A DNA stretch of 64,000 bases from an uncultured Candidatus Rokubacteria bacterium (lineage in GTDB: Bacteria; Methylomirabilota; Methylomirabilia; Rokubacteriales; DASRDR01): assembly GCA_963805625.1 (NCBI GenBank), contig CAWDVE010000010.1, positions 192,001 to 256,000 on the forward strand. Direction: 5' to 3'. Under the pieces are notes generated by a model. The model ran no database searches, had not been told where the DNA came from, and was given only the letters and a program-made list of their open reading frames with translations. Shown here in pieces: positions 1 to 10,584 of this stretch. The position numbers and the translations under genes were made by a program. Every line of letters starts with the position of its first letter. Within the stretch, counting starts at the first letter, position 1.

Positions 1-2
1 TC

Positions 3-1139
3 CTCGACGCGGTGCGGCTCTTCTACGAGCGGTCGAACGCCAACGTCCACCGCTCGATCCACACACTGGGGGAGGAGGCGACGGAGCTCTACGAGGGAGC
101 CCGGGATCGGGTGCGGGCGTTTCTCGGGGCACGGCAGCGAGAGGAGATCGTCTTCACGAGGGGGACGACGGAGGCGATCAACATCGTCGTCCACACCTGG
201 GCGCGGCGGGCGCTCGTCGAGGGGGACGAGATCCTCCTGTCCGAGATGGAGCACCATTCGAACCTGGTGCCCTGGATCCTCCTCGCCCGCGAGCGGAAGC
301 TCCGTCTCCGGCACGTGCCCGTGACCGAGGAGGGGATCCTCGACCTCCCGGCGTTCGAGCGTCTCCTCACGCGGCGGACGCGGCTCGTGGCGCTCGCCCA
401 CGTCTCGAACGTGCTCGGCACGATCAATCCGGTCGCGGACATCGTCGAGCGCGCGCAGGCGGCGGGGGCCCGGGTGCTCCTCGACGGCGCCCAGGCGGCA
501 CCGCATCTCCCGGTCGACGTGGCGGCGCTCGGCGCCGATTTCTACGCGTTCTCGGGACACAAGTTGGGGGCCCCCACCGGCATCGGCGTGCTCTACGGTC
601 GGCGCGAGGTGCTGGAGCCGCTGGAGCCGTTCTTCGGAGGAAGCGAGATCATTCGCGAGGTCTGGCTCGACCGCGCGACCTGGAACGATCTCCCGTGGCG
701 GTTCGAGCCGGGCACGCCTCCCATCGCCGGCGCGATCGGCCTGGGTGCGGCCATCGACTACATGGAGGGCCTGGGCCGCGAGGCGGTCCGCCGGCACGAC
801 ACGGAGCTCGTCGGGGAGGCGCTCGCCCGCCTCGGCGAGGTCGAGGACCTCGAGATCTACGGCCCCCGCGATCCGGAGATCCGCGCGGGTGTCCTGTCCT
901 TCAACTTCCCGGGCGTCCATCCGCACGACCTGTCCGCCGCGCTCGACGCCGAGGGTGTGGCCGTGCGGGCGGGCCACCATTGCGCCCAGCCGCTCATGCG
1001 GCGGCTCGGGGTGGTGGGGACTGCCCGCGCGAGCTTCTTCGTCCACACGGGAGCCGATGACATCGCCGCCCTCGCTGCCGCGCTTCACCGGGCGCGGGAG
1101 CTCCTGGGCGCCGGCCGGCTCCGTCCGTCGACGCACTGA
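3..1139 (+). CDS. sufS: SufS-type cysteine desulfurase, 5' end outside the window
   Basis: NANVHR, FTRGTTEAIN, EHHSN, DGAQ, FSGHK (PLP Lys) and RAGHHCAQPL motifs. The frame is open to the window edge. Confidence 0.93.
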   Translation, partial: LDAVRLFYERSNANVHRSIHTLGEEATELYEGARDRVRAFLGARQREEIVFTRGTTEAINIVVHTWARRALVEGDEILLSEMEHHSNLVPWILLARERKLRLRHVPVTEEGILDLPAFERLLTRRTRLVALAHVSNVLGTINPVADIVERAQAAGARVLLDGAQAAPHLPVDVAALGADFYAFSGHKLGAPTGIGVLYGRREVLEPLEPFFGGSEIIREVWLDRATWNDLPWRFEPGTPPIAGAIGLGAAIDYMEGLGREAVRRHDTELVGEALARLGEVEDLEIYGPRDPEIRAGVLSFNFPGVHPHDLSAALDAEGVAVRAGHHCAQPLMRRLGVVGTARASFFVHTGADDIAALAAALHRARELLGAGRLRPSTH

Positions 1140-1177
1140 CCGGCCGGGAATCGGACTCGGGCCGGCGAGGCCGGCAG

Positions 1178-2164
1178 ATGCAGTCATCGCCCGTGGGCCG
1201 GCTCTCGTGGGTGTCCATCGGTGTCCTGCTCTTCTCGCTGTCAGTGACCTGCGCTGCGGCCGCCGAGCCGCTCAGGATCCGGTACGCGGTCTGGGTCGGC
1301 TACGGGCCGCTCTTTCTCGCTCAGCAGAAGGGTTACTTCGCGGCGGAGAACGTCGAGGTCCAGCTCATCAGGATGGAGGATCCGAAAGAGAGCTTTTTGG
1401 CGATGGGCGCGGGCCGGCTCGACGGAATCGTGTCGACGATCGACACCATGATCCCCCATCTCAAGACCGGCAAGGAGTTCCAGTACGTCCTGGCGCTCGA
1501 TGATTCTGCGGGCAGCGACGGCATCGTCGCGCGCAAGGAGATCAAGTCCGTCCGGGACCTCAAGGGCAGGAGGGTGGCCGTCCAAGAAGGCTCGGTCTCA
1601 CAGTTCTTCCTGAACGTGCTCCTCCGTGACGCAGGCCTGTTCGAGAAGGACGTCCAGGTCGTCAACATGAAGCCCGGCGACGCGGGCGCGGCGTTCGTGG
1701 CAGGAAGGGTCGACGCGGCCGTGACCTGGGAGCCGTGGCTGTCGAATGGCAAGACTGCGCCGCACGGGCACATGCTCGTCGACTCCTCCCAGACGCCCGG
1801 GTTGATCACCGACATGCTCGTCTTCCGGCGGGACGTCATCGAGAGACGGCCGAGGGAGATCCAGAGCGTGGTGGATGCCTGGAACAAGGCCGTGGCCTAC
1901 TGGGAGAGGAATCCGGCCGAGTCGAACGAGATCATGGCCAGGGCGGTGGGAGACTGGCTCAAGGACCCCAAGCTCTTCGCCGACGTGCTGACGGGCGTGA
2001 GGTTCTACAATCGCCCGGAAAACGTGAAGTTCTTCGGTACCCCGCGGAAGCCCGGCCCTCTCTACAGGGTGGTCCAGAACGCGCTCGACATCACGGGTGG
2101 GTTCGGGAACCTTCAGCTGAAGGTCGCGCCCAAGGATCTCGTCAACCATTCCTTCGTGAAGTAG
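1178..2164 (+). CDS. ABC transporter substrate-binding protein, NitT/TauT (SsuA/NMT1-like) family, paralog 1
   Basis: Signal peptide, WVGYGPL, LDDSAGSDG and VDAAVTWEPWLS motifs. Confidence 0.88.
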   Translation: MQSSPVGRLSWVSIGVLLFSLSVTCAAAAEPLRIRYAVWVGYGPLFLAQQKGYFAAENVEVQLIRMEDPKESFLAMGAGRLDGIVSTIDTMIPHLKTGKEFQYVLALDDSAGSDGIVARKEIKSVRDLKGRRVAVQEGSVSQFFLNVLLRDAGLFEKDVQVVNMKPGDAGAAFVAGRVDAAVTWEPWLSNGKTAPHGHMLVDSSQTPGLITDMLVFRRDVIERRPREIQSVVDAWNKAVAYWERNPAESNEIMARAVGDWLKDPKLFADVLTGVRFYNRPENVKFFGTPRKPGPLYRVVQNALDITGGFGNLQLKVAPKDLVNHSFVK

Positions 2165-2274
2165 CCTCGGTTCCTGATGCCGGGCAGTTCCTCACCGGGA
2201 GGCGTGTGCTCGTGCTCGAACAGTGCGACGACAGCAGCGCCCGCACGCCCCGGCTCATAAGTGACTGCGCCGCA

Positions 2275-2303
2275 TTGACAGCCTCGAGGAAGTCTCGTAA
2301 CGT
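2275..2303 (+). promoter_or_regulatory. sigma70-type promoter for the SBP2-permease-ATPase-ureohydrolase operon
   Basis: TTGACA (2275-2280), 17 nt spacer, TAACGT (2298-2303). AGGAGG RBS precedes ATG 2382. Confidence 0.75.
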
Positions 2304-2381
2304 CGGCCTCGGCCGGGAGGCGGAGCGAAGGTCGCCGACCCGTGGACGCGCGATGAACGGGCTGGGGCGGAGGAGGTTGCC

Positions 2382-3359
2382 ATGAAGCGGTTGTGGGTGA
2401 TTGCCGGGTTGGTGCTGGGGCTCGTGGTAGCGGCTGCCGTCGGGGCGTCGGCGGAGCCGATCCGGATCGGGTACCCGATCTGGGTAGGGTTCGGTCCAAT
2501 CTATCTGGCGCACAACAAGGGGTTCTTCAAGGCGCAGGGCGTCGACGTCGACCTCCAGGTGATCGACGACACCAAGGTCGGCATGGCGGCCCTTGCGGCC
2601 AAGCGCATCGAGGCCTACGGCGCCACGCCGAACACCGTCCTGCTCTACGCCAAGGCCGACAACCCGTTCGTCATGGTCATGACGGTCGACGACTCCAAGG
2701 GTGGCGACGGCGTGGTCGCCAAGAAGTCGATCAATTCGATCGCCGAGCTCAAGGGGAAGCGCGTGGCGTTCCTGGAGGGCTCGATCGCCCAGTTCTACCT
2801 GAGCTACCTCCTGAAGCGCGAGGGCCTCTCGGAGAAGGACATCACGGCGGTCAACATGGGCTCGACGGGTGACGCCGGCGCCGCCTTCGTGGCCGGCCGC
2901 GTCGACGCCGCCGTCGTGTGGGAGCCGTGGCTCAGCAAGGGGAAGAGCGCCCCCGACAGCCACATCCTGATCGACTCGAGCAAGACCCCGGGGCTCATCA
3001 TCGACACGCTCGCGTTTCGCCAGGACGTGGTGAAGAGCCGCCCCGACGACGTGCGGAAGGTCGTGCGCGCGGTCGGGCAGGCGGTGGACTACTGGAGGCA
3101 GAACCCGAAGGACGCGACCGAGATCATGACGAAGGGGCTCGGCGGCTGGCTGAAGGAGCCCAAGGACTTCGAGGAGGCGCTGTCGGGCGCGACGCTCTAC
3201 GGCCTCGCGGAGAACCGGCCGTTCATGGGGACGAAGGCCAAGCCGGGCCCGATGTACCAGACCGTCCAGGGCGCGATCGATTTCTGGCGGCAGACCGGCA
3301 AGCTCGTCTGGCCCGAGGTCAAGGCCGCGGACGTCATCGACCCGTCGTTCCTGGAATAG
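2382..3359 (+). CDS. ABC transporter substrate-binding protein, NitT/TauT family, paralog 2
   Basis: Signal peptide, WVGFGPI, VDDSKGGDG, and GDAGAAFVAGRVDAAVxWEPWLS shared with paralog 1. Strong RBS. Confidence 0.9.
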   Translation: MKRLWVIAGLVLGLVVAAAVGASAEPIRIGYPIWVGFGPIYLAHNKGFFKAQGVDVDLQVIDDTKVGMAALAAKRIEAYGATPNTVLLYAKADNPFVMVMTVDDSKGGDGVVAKKSINSIAELKGKRVAFLEGSIAQFYLSYLLKREGLSEKDITAVNMGSTGDAGAAFVAGRVDAAVVWEPWLSKGKSAPDSHILIDSSKTPGLIIDTLAFRQDVVKSRPDDVRKVVRAVGQAVDYWRQNPKDATEIMTKGLGGWLKEPKDFEEALSGATLYGLAENRPFMGTKAKPGPMYQTVQGAIDFWRQTGKLVWPEVKAADVIDPSFLE

Positions 3360-3371
3360 GGGAGTCGTGAC

Positions 3372-3428
3372 CGCGGACCGGGAACGGTGCCGGGCAGCTC
3401 CCCGGCGCCGCTCCCGGCGGACCGCGGA
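3372..3428 (+). other. intercistronic GC-rich stem-loop between SBP and permease (possible mRNA stabiliser or attenuator)
   Basis: ccggga-a-cgg-tgccggg / cccggcg-ccg-c-tcccgg inverted repeat. Confidence 0.5.
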
Positions 3429-3439
3429 GTAGCACGTTC

Positions 3440-4231
3440 GTGGCTGGCTGGTTCTCGCCGAAGGATCCGATCCCGCGCCCCGTCTACCTGACCGCCAGCG
3501 CCCTCACCGTCGGCGCCCTCTTCGGCGGGTGGGTGCTGCTCGCGCGTAGCGGTTACGTCCGCACCGAGTTCCTGCCGACGCCGAACCAGGTGGCGCTGGC
3601 CGCCGTCGACCTGGCCAAGGACGGCTCCCTCTGGACCCACATCGCCGCCTCGTGCTTCGTGGTCTTCGTGGGCTTCGCGCTCGCCTCGGTCCTGGCGGTT
3701 CCGCTCGGCATCCTGATGGGGACGTTCCAGCTGGTCGAGGCGGTGATCGAGCCCGTCACCAATTTCGTCCGCTACCTGCCGGTGAGCGCGATGGTTCCCC
3801 TCCTGATCCTGTGGGTCGGGATCGACTACGAGACCCGCGTGGCCGTCATCTTCATCGGCACGTTCTTCCAGCAGCTCGTGATGATTGCCGACATCGCCCA
3901 CCACGTCCCGCGCGATCTGCTCGACGTCTCGTACACGCTCGGGGCCGGACGGCGGCAGGTGGTCTCGCGGGTGCTCGTGCCGGGCACCCTGCCGGGGATC
4001 ATGGACACGCTTCGCATCACGCTCGGCTGGGCCTGGACCTACCTGGTGCTCGCCGAGTTGGTCGCCGCCAACAGGGGTCTCGGGTACATGATCCTGACGT
4101 CGATGCGCGGCCTGTTCACCGACCGTATCTTCGTGGGGATCCTCGTGATCGGGCTGCTGGGTCTGATCTCCGACCAGATCTTCAAGTACCTCCACCGCTG
4201 GCTCTTGCCCTGGTCGCCCAAGGCTGGCTGA
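3440..4231 (+). CDS. ABC transporter permease, NitT/TauT family
   Basis: Multiple TM segments, FLPTP, an EAA-like loop (LLDVSYTLGA) and LAELVAANRGLG. Confidence 0.9.
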   Translation: MAGWFSPKDPIPRPVYLTASALTVGALFGGWVLLARSGYVRTEFLPTPNQVALAAVDLAKDGSLWTHIAASCFVVFVGFALASVLAVPLGILMGTFQLVEAVIEPVTNFVRYLPVSAMVPLLILWVGIDYETRVAVIFIGTFFQQLVMIADIAHHVPRDLLDVSYTLGAGRRQVVSRVLVPGTLPGIMDTLRITLGWAWTYLVLAELVAANRGLGYMILTSMRGLFTDRIFVGILVIGLLGLISDQIFKYLHRWLLPWSPKAG

Positions 4232-4247
4232 CGGATCGCCGAGTCGC

Positions 4248-5048
<801 letters not shown>

Positions 5049-5069
5049 GCGAGACCGAGGAGGGCCATC

Positions 5070-6083
5070 GTGGGGACGCATCCGATCCATCCGGGATACG
5101 CGGGAATCCCGACCTTCTTCCAGGCGCCGTACGGCGAGCTGGACACCGTGCGCGAGGGGATGACAGTCGTGGCCGGGGTGCCCATCGACCAGGGCATCAT
5201 CACCGCCAAGCCCGGCACGCGATACGGCCCCCGGGCCATTCGCGAGGCGTCGCAAATGCCACGCGGGGTGCTGGCAGCGAACGTAGAGCACACCTGGGTC
5301 GACGTCGACACCGGCGTCGCCCTGCGTCTGAAAGACCGTCTGGATCTCGTGGACGTCGGGGACTTCGACATCGACCCGACCGACATCATGAAGACGACGT
5401 GGTCGGTAGTGGCCGGCGTGGAAGGAATCGTGAAGCGCGGTGGGTTGCCGGTCGTCCTCGGCGGTGACCACTACATCGCGTATCCGTGTTTCGAGGGCTT
5501 CGTCCGTGGGATGAGCGAGCGAAAGGAGAACCTCCGCGTCGGCTATCTGCACGTCGACACACACTCGGACTTCCGCTTCGAGTACGGGCCCCTCGGCCGC
5601 TACAATCACGCGACCTCGGCCCGACGGGTCAGCGAGAACCGCGCCGCGTCGTACCGGAACATGGCCTGGCTGGGCCTGAATGGCAGCGTGCTGGACGCCG
5701 AGATGTATCGGACGTTCAAGCGCGAGCGCCTCAAGATGGTGACCGCCAAGATGATCCGGGAACAGGGCCCGGCGGCGGCAGTGCGCCAGGTGATGGAGAC
5801 GGTGGCGAGCGGCGTCGACGCCGTCTACGTCACCGTCGACATCGACGTCGTCAACGGGAGCGAAGCGCGCGGCACGGGCGCCCCTGTCTTCGCCGGCATC
5901 GAGGCGCGGACGTTCCTCGAGATGATGGAGGTGCTCAGCACGTATGACATCATCCGATCGATCGACCTGTGCGAGGTCGCTCCCGGACTCGACCCGGCTG
6001 GAACGACGGCGGACCTGGCCGTCGCCGGGCTCCTCACGTTGCTCGAGCGCCGGCTCTTCGATCGGGTCGATCCGGGCGTCTGA
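5070..6083 (+). CDS. ureohydrolase (arginase/agmatinase superfamily), divergent, substrate unknown
   Basis: GGDH, DTHSD, NHATS, TVDID and EVAP motifs. The binuclear metal ligands are present. Confidence 0.88.
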   Translation: MGTHPIHPGYAGIPTFFQAPYGELDTVREGMTVVAGVPIDQGIITAKPGTRYGPRAIREASQMPRGVLAANVEHTWVDVDTGVALRLKDRLDLVDVGDFDIDPTDIMKTTWSVVAGVEGIVKRGGLPVVLGGDHYIAYPCFEGFVRGMSERKENLRVGYLHVDTHSDFRFEYGPLGRYNHATSARRVSENRAASYRNMAWLGLNGSVLDAEMYRTFKRERLKMVTAKMIREQGPAAAVRQVMETVASGVDAVYVTVDIDVVNGSEARGTGAPVFAGIEARTFLEMMEVLSTYDIIRSIDLCEVAPGLDPAGTTADLAVAGLLTLLERRLFDRVDPGV

Positions 6084-6158
6084 CGCCATGCGTTGCGTCG
6101 ACGGCGAGCGCGAACCCGGGCTCTAAAGCGCGAGCCGGGCGACAACGGAGGCCCAGGC

Positions 6159-6560
6159 GTGCCGCGCTACGCGTTCTGCTGCCGCTCGTGCGGGCTCGAG
6201 TTCGAGGTGTCCCGCGCCATGAGCGACGCGGGTCGGGACGCTACGTGCCCGGTTGACGGCGGAGGGGCCGATCGCCTCTTCACGGCGCCGATGACGTCGA
6301 TCCGCCAGGGCGACGGCGCGGCGGTTCCCCCTGGCGGGAATGCCAATCGCAGCTGGTCGTCCCCGTTCTTTCCGAAAGCCGTTCCGGGCGGGAATGCTCC
6401 CCGGCCGACGGCGCCGCCCCGGCGCGTCCTGCCGGCGGGGTCGTCGAAGCCGACCCGGTTTCGGCACTTCGGCCACTGGCACCCGGCAGGCACCCCGCCT
6501 CACGAGCACGCGGCTCGGCGGCCTCCGCCGGAGAAGCAGGTGCCGCCGTCCGGGGTCTGA
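6159..6560 (+). CDS. FmdB-like zinc-ribbon protein with a Pro/His-rich tail
   Basis: GGAGG RBS then GTG 6159. MPRYAFCCRSCG...FE...CPVDG, with C-terminal HFGHWH..PHEH. Confidence 0.75.
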   Translation: MPRYAFCCRSCGLEFEVSRAMSDAGRDATCPVDGGGADRLFTAPMTSIRQGDGAAVPPGGNANRSWSSPFFPKAVPGGNAPRPTAPPRRVLPAGSSKPTRFRHFGHWHPAGTPPHEHAARRPPPEKQVPPSGV

Positions 6561-6576
6561 TCGCCTGGCGAAGGCC

Positions 6577-7398
6577 TCAGTGGCGCGTGGCCACGCCCAG
6601 CTCCCGTGTGAACCGCGGCCACACGTCGGGGTCGTGACCCGGGATCAGCCGGAAGCGGCGCTCGGCCGCGACAGCCTTCAGACGGCGGAGTGCCGGGAGC
6701 GTGGTCTTCGGATGTCCCCCGTACGCGGCGGAGACGGGCTCTTCCCGGTCCAGGTTCTCCTGGAGATCCGCGGCGTCGAATGCGAACACGTATCCGCCGT
6801 CGCCCGCTCCCGAGTCCACCTCGACCATGAAGCTCTGATGGCCTGGCGTGTGGCCCGCGGTGAGGAGCGCCGTCACCCCCGGCACGATCTCGACGTCGCC
6901 GTCGGCGAGCCGCCAGTCGATCAGCGGATCGTCGAAGTCGATGCGAAAGATCGCATTGCGCTCGGCGGCGGCCGGGTCGGCCTGGGCCGCCTCGAGCTCC
7001 TTCCGCTGGACGTGGACGGGCACGCGCCCTGCGAAGTGGCGAAGGCCGCCGACGTGGTCGTTGTGAAGATGGCTCAGGGCCACGGCCACCACGTCGCGCG
7101 GATCCACCCCCACCAGCGCGAACGCGTCCTCCAGCGGATCCCCGGGCCCGGATAGCTCGAGCTTGGTCGGCCGACGGCCCCAGAACCGGTGGTAGAAGGG
7201 GCGATCGCGCACGAGCGCGCCATTGAAGCCGGTGTCGATCAGCACGAAGCCGTCGGGGACCTCGAGGAGGAGGCCGGGGACGGGCTCGCGCAGGAAGACA
7301 CGGCCCTCGGCTTCGGGAACCAGGGGCATGGAGGTCCGCCGCGGAAGGTGCTCCCAGCCGAACGTCAGAGGGAGCACGCGCCGGACGCCGCCCTTCAC
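6577..7398 (-). CDS. N-acyl homoserine lactonase family metallo-beta-lactamase-fold hydrolase
   Basis: LIDTG, SHLHNDHVGG (HxHxDH), GHTPGHQS and PGHD. The likely start is GTG 7398, just behind a TTGACC-18-CATACT promoter. Confidence 0.85.
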   Translation of the reverse strand: MKGGVRRVLPLTFGWEHLPRRTSMPLVPEAEGRVFLREPVPGLLLEVPDGFVLIDTGFNGALVRDRPFYHRFWGRRPTKLELSGPGDPLEDAFALVGVDPRDVVAVALSHLHNDHVGGLRHFAGRVPVHVQRKELEAAQADPAAAERNAIFRIDFDDPLIDWRLADGDVEIVPGVTALLTAGHTPGHQSFMVEVDSGAGDGGYVFAFDAADLQENLDREEPVSAAYGGHPKTTLPALRRLKAVAAERRFRLIPGHDPDVWPRFTRELGVATRH

Positions 7399-7554
7399 GC
7401 GGCCAGTATGGGCGAGCGGCTCCGCGAGGGTCAAGGCGGGGGACCGCTCGGCAGTGGATCGGGGGGGCTCGATGTCACCCGTCTGCCGGCGCCGCCTCGC
7501 GCGCGATCTCGCGGCTTGACGGCTCACGACGCCGCCCCGTACGGTAGGCCGTCC

Positions 7555-8964
7555 ATGGGCCTCTCTGACCGCCTCGTCGCCGCCACGCGGGATGCGTGGA
7601 GCGGTGTCCGATCCGAGATCGAGGCGCACATCCGGCGCCTGTGGGACGAGCCCGAGCTCCCGCTCATGGAGGTCCGGGCGGCCGACGCGCTCGCGGAGTG
7701 GCTTCGCAGCCACGGCTTCGAGGTGGAGCGCGGCGTGTGCGGCATCCCGACCGCCTTTGCGGCGCGTTTCGGTCGAGGGACGGGTCCGGCGGTCGCGCTC
7801 CTGGCCGAGTACGACGCGTTGCCGGGCCAGGGGAACCTCGCCGTGCCGTACCGTGCGCCCGCCGGCCAGTCGGCCGGGCACGCGTGTGGGCACAACCAGC
7901 TCGGTCCGGCGCAGGTGGGCGCGGCCGTCGCCGTGCGCGCCGTGATGGAGAGCCACGGCTTGGCGGGCAGGCTCGTGCTCCTCGGCTGTCCGGCCGAGGA
8001 GCTGCTCTGGGGAAAGCTGGCGCTCCTCGAGCGTGGCGCCTTCGCGGGCCTGGACGCGCTGCTCACCTCTCACGCGGACTACCAGAACGGCGCCCTCTCG
8101 CGCCCGTGTCTCGCGTGTGTCTCGAGCGAGTTCGTATTCACGGGCGTTGCGAGCCACGGCGGGGCCGTCCGGCGCCACAACGCGCTCGAGGCGCTGGAGC
8201 TGGCGATGCAAGCGATCGACCGCCTGCGGGGCTCGCGCTTCCACGGCTTCGTCATCGGCCATGTGGTACGGATCGGCGGCCTCATGCCGAGCATCACCCC
8301 CGAGGAAGCCCGGGTGTGGCTCACGGTGCGGCACGGATCCTTCGAGGCAGCCTGGGACGCCTACCAGGAGATCATCGCCATCGCCCGGGACGCCGCGCAG
8401 ATGGCCGGGGTCAGTGTCGGCGAGCAGCTCGTCGCAGCGAGCCGCGGCTACCTCCCGAACGACGTCCTGGCGCGGGCGCTCGACGCGAATCTGAGGGTCG
8501 TCGGTCCACCGGCGTGGAGTGTCGACGATCTCGCGTGGATGGAGGCGCTCTCCCGCGCGTGCGATCCGGCGGCGTCCTTCGAGCTTCACCGGGAGCTGGC
8601 GCTTCACACGGACGGCTGCGACCCCTACGGGCAGGACGACGGCGAGGCGAGCTGGCGCATCCCGCTCGGTCGCGTGAACTGGGCGATCCCCCGGGCGGTG
8701 CCGCTTCACCACTGGGGCACGACCGCTCTCAGCGGACACCCAGCCGGGCTGGCCGGACCTCTCATGGCCTCGGAGGCCCTGGCGCTCACGGCCGTCGAGC
8801 TGTTCGTGGATCCCGCTCTCGTCGCCGAGGCGGGCCGCGAGCTGACCTGGCGCGTCGGCTCGCGCCCGCTGTCGCCGCCTCGCTGCGGTGACTTCGCCGT
8901 CATGACGCGAGCCCCGGGGGAGTTCTGGAGCGCGACGTGGCGCGGCAGCTCGGCGCCCGCCTGA
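7555..8964 (+). CDS. M20-family amidohydrolase (AbgB-like)
   Basis: PELPLME, AEYDALPG, GHACGHN and GCPAEE motifs. ATG 7555 lies behind TTGACG-18-TACGGT. Confidence 0.85.
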   Translation: MGLSDRLVAATRDAWSGVRSEIEAHIRRLWDEPELPLMEVRAADALAEWLRSHGFEVERGVCGIPTAFAARFGRGTGPAVALLAEYDALPGQGNLAVPYRAPAGQSAGHACGHNQLGPAQVGAAVAVRAVMESHGLAGRLVLLGCPAEELLWGKLALLERGAFAGLDALLTSHADYQNGALSRPCLACVSSEFVFTGVASHGGAVRRHNALEALELAMQAIDRLRGSRFHGFVIGHVVRIGGLMPSITPEEARVWLTVRHGSFEAAWDAYQEIIAIARDAAQMAGVSVGEQLVAASRGYLPNDVLARALDANLRVVGPPAWSVDDLAWMEALSRACDPAASFELHRELALHTDGCDPYGQDDGEASWRIPLGRVNWAIPRAVPLHHWGTTALSGHPAGLAGPLMASEALALTAVELFVDPALVAEAGRELTWRVGSRPLSPPRCGDFAVMTRAPGEFWSATWRGSSAPA

Positions 8965-9025
8965 TCGCGTCCGACGCGCGGGGCGCCGCCGAGGCGACCG
9001 CGGGGGCTGTGATAGGCTCTCTCAC

Positions 9026-10516
9026 ATGGTCGACATGGAGACCCTCGTCAGCCTGTGCAAGCGCCGTGGTTTCATCTTCCAGTCGAGCGAGATCTACGGC
9101 GGCCTCGGCTCGGCGTGGGACTACGGTCCGCTCGGGGTGGAGCTCAAGCGCAACGTCCGGAACCTGTGGTGGCGCGACACGGTCCACCTCCGCCGCGACG
9201 TGCTGGGGCTCGAGGCCGCGGTGCTCATGCATCCCCGGGTGTGGGAAGCGAGCGGCCACCTCGAGCGGTTCTCCGACCCGATGGTGGACTGCCGCGAGTG
9301 CAAGCGGCGGTTTCGCGCCGACCACGTGGACACGCAGCCGTGGCTCCACTACTGCCCGGCCAAGAAGGAAAACAAGTTCGAGATCCCCGCCGGCGAGGCG
9401 TGCAAGCACTGCGGGGGGCGCCGCACGCTGTGTCCGGTGTGCGGCAAGGGGGAGCTGACCGACCCCCGCCAGTTCAACATGATGCTGAAAACGTTCCTCG
9501 GGCCCGTCGAGGAGGACGCGGCGGTGACGTACCTCCGCCCGGAGACCGCCCAGGGCATGTTCGTCAACTTCGAGAACGTGCTCCAGGCGATGCGGAGGAA
9601 GCTGCCCTTCGGCATCGCCCAGATCGGCCGGAGCTTCCGGAACGAGATCACGCCGGGAAACTTCATCTTCCGGACGCGCGAGTTCGAGCAGATGGAGCTC
9701 GAGTTCTTCGTCAACCCGCTGGACGCGGTGGGCGGCCAGCCGGCCGACGAGTACTGGCACGAGCACTGGATCGACGCGCGGATGGCATGGTACCAGCGGT
9801 ACGGAATCCGCGCCGAGAACCTGCGCCTCCGGGAGCACGCCAAGGACGAGCTGGCGCACTACGCGAAGCGGACGGTGGACATCGAGTACCGCTTTGCCAT
9901 CGGATGGAGCGAGCTCGAGGGCATCGCGAATCGCACCGACTTCGATCTCAAGCGCCACGCCGAAGTGAGCGGCCGGACCCTGAGCTACTTCGACGACGAG
10001 AGGAAGCAGCACGTGGTCCCGTACGTGATCGAGCCCGCGGCGGGCGTCGATCGTACCGTTCTGGCGATCCTCACCGACGCCTATCACGTCGAGGACGTTC
10101 GCGGGGAGAAGCGGATCGTGCTGCGGTTTCACCCCGAGGTGGCGCCCGTGAAGATCGCGGTCCTGCCCCTCCTGAAGAAGCGAGAGGAGATCGTGGCGCG
10201 GTGCTGGGAGCTCCGCGACCGGCTGGCGGGACGGGGCTGGGTGACGGTCTACGATGACACGGCGGCGATCGGACGGCTGTACCGGCGCCAGGACGAGGTG
10301 GGGACGCCGTACTGCGTGACGGTGGACGTGCAGACGATCGGCGACTCCGACAAGGGCGAGGCCGGCGACGGCCGCGTCACGATCCGGGACCGGGACTCGA
10401 TGGGTCAGATCCGGGTCCCGATCGCGGGGCTCGAGACGGCCTTCGTCGATCTCATTGGCGGGACGCCGTGGGCCGCCGTGGCCGCGCGGTATCCCGCCCA
10501 GTCCGGTCCTGCCTAG
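9026..10516 (+). CDS. glyQS: glycine--tRNA ligase, alpha2 homodimeric type
   Basis: KRRGF, DYGPLG, YLRPETAQG, FRNEITPGNFIFRTREFEQME, ELEGIANR, IEPAAG and RRQDEVGTP. Confidence 0.97.
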   Translation: MVDMETLVSLCKRRGFIFQSSEIYGGLGSAWDYGPLGVELKRNVRNLWWRDTVHLRRDVLGLEAAVLMHPRVWEASGHLERFSDPMVDCRECKRRFRADHVDTQPWLHYCPAKKENKFEIPAGEACKHCGGRRTLCPVCGKGELTDPRQFNMMLKTFLGPVEEDAAVTYLRPETAQGMFVNFENVLQAMRRKLPFGIAQIGRSFRNEITPGNFIFRTREFEQMELEFFVNPLDAVGGQPADEYWHEHWIDARMAWYQRYGIRAENLRLREHAKDELAHYAKRTVDIEYRFAIGWSELEGIANRTDFDLKRHAEVSGRTLSYFDDERKQHVVPYVIEPAAGVDRTVLAILTDAYHVEDVRGEKRIVLRFHPEVAPVKIAVLPLLKKREEIVARCWELRDRLAGRGWVTVYDDTAAIGRLYRRQDEVGTPYCVTVDVQTIGDSDKGEAGDGRVTIRDRDSMGQIRVPIAGLETAFVDLIGGTPWAAVAARYPAQSGPA

Positions 10517-10584
10517 GCTGGACCAGCCGCAGGGCATCGCGCCTTCTGAGATGCCATTCTGAGAGAGAGCGCAGAGCGTAAGAC

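Noticed and set aside
2304-2381. Guanidine riboswitch upstream of the ABC operon
   Set aside because: Small hairpins exist, but there are no paired ACGR loops (class II) and no class I or III consensus that I can match. An Infernal scan would settle it.
6577-8739. 720-aa lactonase fusion as given in the ORF track
   Set aside because: The N-terminal 446 aa are antisense to the M20 gene, and a promoter with GTG at 7398 gives the real start.
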